A stretch of 55,145 bases of DNA, counting the filler, from Sphacelaria rigidula (Eukaryota): the NCBI GenBank assembly GCA_964200075.2. It is 6 parts of 6 records of this genome, joined end to end, with 100 filler letters (N's around TTAATTAATTAA, not from the genome) between each part and the next. Parts side by side here need not be neighbours in the genome. Positions count along the whole stretch, not along the records: positions 46,040 to 55,145 come from CAXNAA020009286.1; 5 more parts are not named here. One strand, written 5' to 3'. This document shows positions 48,839 through 55,145 of this stretch, piece after piece (position 1 is the stretch's first letter; each line of letters begins with the position of its first letter). Both the position numbers and the translations under genes were made by a program. The notes under the pieces were generated by a model. The model was not told the DNA's origin. It searched no databases and was given only the letters and a program-made list of their open reading frames with translations.

Positions 48839-51800
48839 TTACCTCTTCCGTGGTCTCCCTTTTTTTTTTTTTGCCTGTATGTCTTTNNNNNNNNNNTGGG
48901 GTTCCCCCGCCGGCGGTGGGGGCTGCTTTGTCCTTTCCCGTTTTTTTTTCTTTTTTTGGCTCCCGGCCCCCCCCCCCCCCTTTTTTTTTTTCTTTTTTGT
49001 ACGGTGAAGATCTACCAGGATCAACGTTTCATATCTCTGCCGTGAATGACTGTGAGCCTTTTGCTCCTCGCACGTTTATAGGTGTGATAGGTCTGCTGGG
49101 ATAAATATCTAAATATCGATGTCCCAGTGCTTGAATCCTTTAGGTGCCAATCCCGCTGAGACGTACCCAAGATGGACCGCCGAACTAAATGAAAAACATT
49201 GCCTGGTTGAAAAAAATGCAACGCGTCAGCCAGGGATTGGGGAACACGGAACGAACGGATGCATGTTGTCGTCATTGCGGATGGTTCCCAAAAACGGAGA
49301 GTATCTATCTGCTCAACTAAAGCGGCGCGTAATTTTTAGATATGATGGTCAGCCGGAGATATTGTTCCGAAAATAGTTTCGCCGCCGGAGTTGTTTACGC
49401 TTTGACTGCAAGCATAAATCGCCTATTGGAACGGCATCAATTTCACTTGGAAAGTGATGGTATGATGGCCACATAACGTACCCTCGCGGTGAAAGAGTTT
49501 TAACGTTATTATTATTATTATTTTTTGCTGTTTGTTCGATGTTGTGTGAAGGTCTGCTGGGCAGATGTCGATGCTGAGCAAGAGCATGGACGAGGATCTG
49601 GAGGGAGGCGCGAAGGAAGCCATGCAAAAGTTGGAAGGTCGAAAGGTGAGTAGTATTTATTCATGTATTTTATGACAGATGTTTACACTTTATTATGAGC
49701 TACATGAATATAAGCCTGTCAAAAGGGATGCATGGCTGGAAAAACAAATCGTTTCAGTAATATTGAACTATGTTGGCAAAGAAAAACATTTGGCGATGAA
49801 CTATGAACTGTTGAAACAGTTTTTTTTTTTTTGTGCTATTTTGTCAATTCTGATTTGCCAATCATGGAAAACATGCTCGAGATGGCTTCATTCTCATGAA
49901 AAAAAATCAGGCCCGGAATGCGTCTGAAGCGGTCGTTCAGAAGTATGTCGAGTGATGCGGCGATATCGCCCCCCCTGAAACCAACCCCAAAATTCTCACG
50001 GAGAAAATGGCCACACAGCGCACGATGGCTGGCTCTAGACGGCATGAAGCACATTCTATGCACAATATCGGCAGGAGAAGATGCCAAGCAAGGGACTTCC
50101 CAACTGCTCGGTGTGCTCGGCTCCTGTCATTTCGATTACATGCACATCCTGCCTCCTCAAACCAACCACTTCCTTGGGAGGGGCTGTCGCAGCATCAGTG
50201 AGACACGCTAAAGTATTTCCAGCTGTCAAACCCCCCCGGGCCACACCAACACGGAAGCCTTGAGGTGCCGTGTGGTCATCGTCATGATAGGCAGACTGCC
50301 TTGACAAGCGGGTTGCCGAAGCTTCGAGGGTTGGATCAGCAGAGCTTTGCCAGTGTCTTGAGGAGGTCGTCAGAAGTTGCTGGTTTGCACCTCAAATTGA
50401 GTGGCCGTCTAGACGGAAGTGATCCGATAACCCCTGAAAATGTGCTTGGATGTTCATTCGTCGAATAGACATCGCGTTAACTACGAGCTGGGCGGGCCTA
50501 CATCCCGAGAAACCTTTCACCGAACATATGGCTAAGTGAACGTATCCTTGTGATCGAGAGATCGAGATGCGTGTGCTCCGACAGCTCTTGATGTGCCTTT
50601 GAGGGTTTTCATCCAAAGTAGAAGGTGGTGGGCCAAAAATATACCGGGTTAGTTACAGAGCGAAACCATGGACTCTAGACCTGTCCCCTTCATTCCCTAA
50701 GGTGCGTGTGGCTAGTCTGACCATTGCACCACCGGGGCGCGGCAACTGGTACGATCACGCGAAAACGACGATGCGCGGCGCAATGCTTGAAATTTTGGGG
50801 TGAAATTTTGACGCCAGAGAGGCAACACGTTGGTAGGCCTACCCTATTCGAGCGATCAGGCGACCCGATATTTTTCTTCTTCTTCAGTTCTCCTATCTAA
50901 ACTCTTTCGGAACTATCGAAAAGCAGTACAAAATCTCACATGGGAGCTTTTGTCACCTGAAAACATCACTTGGAGTTCGGTGCACGAATCTGTCACATTG
51001 GTGTACTTGAACTTGGAGTGGTGCGCACCGTTTTGATGGGGGCTGCATCATCAACACTTGCAGAAAGCAACCATGTCTTGCCCAAGAAAACGTCAACTGT
51101 AAATCATGACTCCTCTATCAACGATTCCAAGAGGGTTGAGGAAGCCGAAGACAGCTCAAAAACATGCAGCGCCGGGAGTTGGGGTAAAAAATAAATGAAC
51201 GGAGGGTCACGGGGATAGGGTAGACCTATGCGTTGTTTCTCCGGTGTCAAAATGTCACCCCGAAACTACGAACAAATTGCGCCGCGGATGGCCTGTGACC
51301 TGTGGCTACGGAGTCTTGGCCGGCCCTGCTGGTGAATAAGTGAACACATATTTGTTGAGCTAGCAGTACGGAGCTTAGGGGGCACTGGCGAGAGAGAGAC
51401 GGGAACAGTGGTGTTACGTGAACACAAATCTTGAAAGAACATGAGCTGTCCATCTGTGGGTGATGAAAGCGATACCACCCCCCCCCCCCCCCCCCCCCCC
51501 CCACCCCCACCGCCCCCCCACACGGCTTCCCCCCGCGTCCCATATTACACGAGAGAGGAAAAGGAATCAAATTCTGCTCGAGTCAGGCATGTCTTCTCTT
51601 GGAAGAAAAAATGTACGCGGAATACCAAGAGTTCTTTGTTTTCCTAATCGGTTGATTCGATGCTTCGCAACACCCGAAAATTGAAGGAGGAGCTGCTGGA
51701 GTCCATGGACCTAGCCCAGTACGCGGTCAAGGGAACCGAAGCAGATTGGGAAGCGGCCACGAAGAAGAAAAAGGCAAAGAGCGGTAATCTCGGAAATGTC

Positions 51801-53130
51801 TCCATCAAATCCAAGGTGCGGCGCAGCGCATTTCGCATGCTGTCCAAAAGAGTGTCATGTCTCCAACAGGTGGTACTGCTATCCGAATTCGTGTTGAGGA
51901 CGACGGATGGGGCGGGGTGTAATGCGTGAGAGGACCGCATCGTATTGTAGTCCAAAACACCTCAGGATCGACTATTTTTTCGAAACCAAACGGGCCAGTC
52001 TCTGCAGGGACCACGCCCCTGATCTGAGCCGCAGCCCCTAACGCGAACCCTCATCCTCACCCTAACCCTAACCATAGGGGTGTTGAAATTCCGAAGCGGT
52101 CCGCTGAGCACGCAGTCCTCTCACCCATTACACATGGGGCAATTACTCGATAACTCTATAACGATACACCCGCTTGGTACCGGGGAATGGGGCACGATGA
52201 AATCTGGTTTTGAAGCAACCAGATCTCGTCACCCCTCAAGTCAACTCCAGCGACAGGCATCTTTTGCTGAACTCGGAACAAGTGCGCGCTGTAGTCGGTG
52301 TTCTAAGATTGGCGAGGTTTGGCCGCGAGTGATGAAATTCGAGCGCATGGAAAGGCCGGCGAAATATGAGGGATCGGCTGAGTTCCGAGGTTACCTGAGG
52401 ATCACTCCATAACCCTACATACAATACATAAGGCAACAATCAGGAATCCTATCGCGTGTCTATGTACATGATAACCTCAACCCCACGCCTGCTGGGATTC
52501 ATGCCACTGACGGATGGTGAGACACTCATGAGACAGTCTGTAAGCCGTGGCTGTCTCTAGAAGCAGCAATAGCAGAAAACAGAGCAAATAATTGTAAGCT
52601 GTCATAGACATGCAAGATGCTCAGTACACCACAGACCGAACAATCGTGACAGGATGCAGCTCACTCCGCATGCGAATCGCCGAATATATCACGGAGCTTC
52701 GCGCTTGGTGGTAGGTTGCGAGCCTGGTCCGGCGGAAACCTGGCGTGCGCCGTCCCGGCTTTGTAGGGATGTGAGATCAGTAGTCTCATGACCACGGCAT
52801 GCAAAATTATGGGCACGCCTCTCCCTCTCCCCTTCTCCCCTTCTCCCCTTCTCCCCTTCCCCCCTTCTCCACCGTTTCTCTCCGCCTGCCCCCTTGCCCC
52901 CAATATCCCCTTGGATATCCTTGTGTCTAATTCTGACTCGATTGTCTGACGTGCAGGTGCGTACGGCTGCCGCTGATGGAGTGCTGCTGGAAGGTGCTGA
53001 TGGAAATGGGACTTCTAAAAAGAAGCATGGCGGCAAGAAGAGACGCGACTCTGCTTCCAGCAACGGTGACGTCGGTGTGGAAAGCGGAGCTGGTCCTGGC
53101 AAAAAAAAGAAAAGGATAAAAAACGTCTGA
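48101..53130 (+). CDS. NAT10: RNA cytidine acetyltransferase NAT10/Kre33, last four exons (48101-48225, 49552-49645, 51687-51815, 52957-53130)
   Basis: Spliced translation VLALFNKAVRKL...EKAAAEEM...SKSMDEDLEGGAKEAMQKL...ELLESMDLAQYAVKGTEADWEAA...VSIKSK plus a Lys-rich NLS-like tail matches the NAT10 C-terminus; splice phases 2, 0, 0 are consistent. Confidence 0.9.
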
Positions 53131-53814
53131 AACTAGACATTACAGGGGCGTCTGCTGTCGCAGCGGAGGGGTTAAGGGGTTTTCCTTACCCACATATTTC
53201 ATCCTCCGGCTGTTCACCTCTCGAACCGCGCCTCCACGACGGAAGTGTTTCGTGGTCAAGAGAGGGATAGGCAATGACCAGTCGCCCTTCTCGTATGTTG
53301 GTTGCGATAGATTTTTCGAGACAGTTTTGCTCTATACTCCGTCTACCGTGCCACGTGCTTTCTCGGATCTGGCCTGTGAGGGAAATGCGGGGCGTGGGGT
53401 TTATACGTTTCATTGTCCCTCAAGGGCGTAGGATGTCCAAGTCGCCCTTACGCACGGGCGGCGACCACTATGACGGAGTGGTCGCGAACTAGTAGGCGGG
53501 GCGTGGGGGATGAGCGGGCTGCCTAGACTGTCGGGAGCGTTCGGTACATGAAGGGCGCAGCTTCGGTCTGTGATCATAAGAACAGTGACGTCATGAATCT
53601 CTGGAAGTGTTTTGCATCACGGTGTGTGGTGGCTACGTGATGAGGAAAATATACCTTGAAAGAAAAAAAAAATGCAGGGAAACAAACGAAAACAAGGTGC
53701 AGTGTGTCGGGCCTGATACCCGTAACCCAAGCCATGTCCTGGTTTGTAGACCAAATCAGACTGACCAACATAGGCGACTAGAAACTACCAAGAATTTGAA
53801 AACATGTGAAGCCG

Positions 53815-53990
53815 AATGGTGTAATTTTCTTGCCTCCGGCGGCGCCTCCGGTGAGCCCCCCTCACCACCCGGGCGGGGCCGTTTACGCGAGTCCGACGCG
53901 TTGCCCTGCCAGGCAACTCTGGCGGAGTTGCGGCGCGGCTTCGCCGGCAGTTTTTCAGTCTTAACTGATAAGTGTAGCTGGTCGTAAATT
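53815..53990. repeat. Subterminal segment related to the 7290-8635 hAT element
   Basis: AATTTTCTTGCCTCCGGCGGCGCCTCCGGTGAGCCCCCTCACCA resembles 8456-8500. Confidence 0.5.
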
Positions 53991-55145
53991 TTTGCAACCA
54001 GTTAACCCTTGAACGGGTTAGCGAAACCAGTTCACGATTCTTCAAAGAGATCCTCTACAAAGCCGGCGCACCCGAGACTGAACAACGTCAGATAGGAAGA
54101 TCCAGACAAGTCAAGAACACAGAAAAGGACGAGCCGATGTGAAAGAGGAGGGAGAGCGAAGAACTATGCTCCCCCTCGGGTTCTGGTCAAGCATCATCTT
54201 CATGGGAAAACATCAGACGGGGCGTGTCTCTCCCCCACACGGCATATAGCACTATCGGTAGAAAACAGAATCTATTCCAATTTCACAAAGTGAAGTTGGT
54301 TTCTGCTGCGGGTAAAACTTCGACTCAGAGGTTTTTTGCGTCGTGATTCTTGCGATATTTTTTCCCTAGATTTTTCCAGTCTAGAACCCTCATCGATTTC
54401 GGTTCTTGGAGGATAACTTCGTCAAATGGACACCAAACCTGCTCGAAGGGTCACCTGGACACACAGCAGTTGCCGCGTCCTACCTAGTATTATCCACAAA
54501 TCGAAGTCGTGAGTGAGAACCCCCGGCGTTTCGAGCCCATGTACAAGGATGATCTACATCGAGTATCATGCTCCACAACGTACCTGACAAGTGGGCAACA
54601 CCCCGTACAGACAGAAGCAATGCTAGCGAATCCTACGTCCTGACAGTCTGACAGTCTGGCAGCCTGCAAGGTGGTTATGGCAGTGTATTTCCAGCGATAT
54701 CAACTTACCGTACACTGGAGCAGAGGTTGCAGGTGAATATTTCGGCGATTGCCTCACCTGCAATTCGCCCAGATGTTGCCCCTGCATTATATATGGAAAA
54801 TGTCCCCAACCGTGAACGAAATATGTCTACAGACAGTACGAACACGATGTATGTGGACAGTGTACTGCGCAACGTCGAGTTTGCTGTGTGTGTTGTCGTC
54901 CATAAATCTGGACGCCGGTCTCCACCTTTCGGTATATGTGGGCGCACCACGGCGTGGCTGTGTTACCATACAGCTTCACCCAAGATATAGGCAGCCATTC
55001 CAGCGGCGGAGGCGACCATTCATTCCTTCGTGCGCCACTAAGGGCAAACACACGCTGTAAACAGTGAATCCTAGAAAATGAGGTTGATACAAAATATGGG
55101 GTTGAAGTGGCATTTCTCTTTTGTAGGGAAGACGCGAAACACTAG

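Noticed and set aside
48790-49000. Poly-C/poly-T duplicated low-complexity block
   Set aside because: It surrounds a 10-N gap and looks like degraded read ends after a homopolymer.

Overview
Eukaryotic nuclear DNA, most likely from a brown alga (Phaeophyceae; inferred from intron style, GT/AG context, composition and repeat content). The window is not one locus. It is six unrelated contigs of 9109, 9108, 9108, 9107, 9107 and 9106 bp, joined by identical 100-bp N44-TTAATTAATTAA-N44 spacers, so nothing can be read across the junctions. Recognisable host genes are all partial and spliced: the last 4 exons of NAT10/Kre33 (RNA cytidine acetyltransferase), the last 2 exons of mitochondrial Tim10, and the last 3 exons of a single-pass membrane protein with beta-propeller-type (SBBP-like) repeats. 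There is also an orphan, probably decayed, multi-exon ORF. The rest is a dense mobile-element landscape: hAT and RTE-LINE remnants, an AcademX-like XPG plus Cys-rich remnant, a Stowaway-like mariner family, several MITEs with TSDs, and two tRNA-headed SINE families. The most interesting signal is an apparent LINE/SINE pair that shares a 3' end, ends in C-rich rather than A-rich tails, and stacks into its own C tracts. Most ORFs in the supplied track are spurious. No prokaryotic-type system (CRISPR, operon) is visible.
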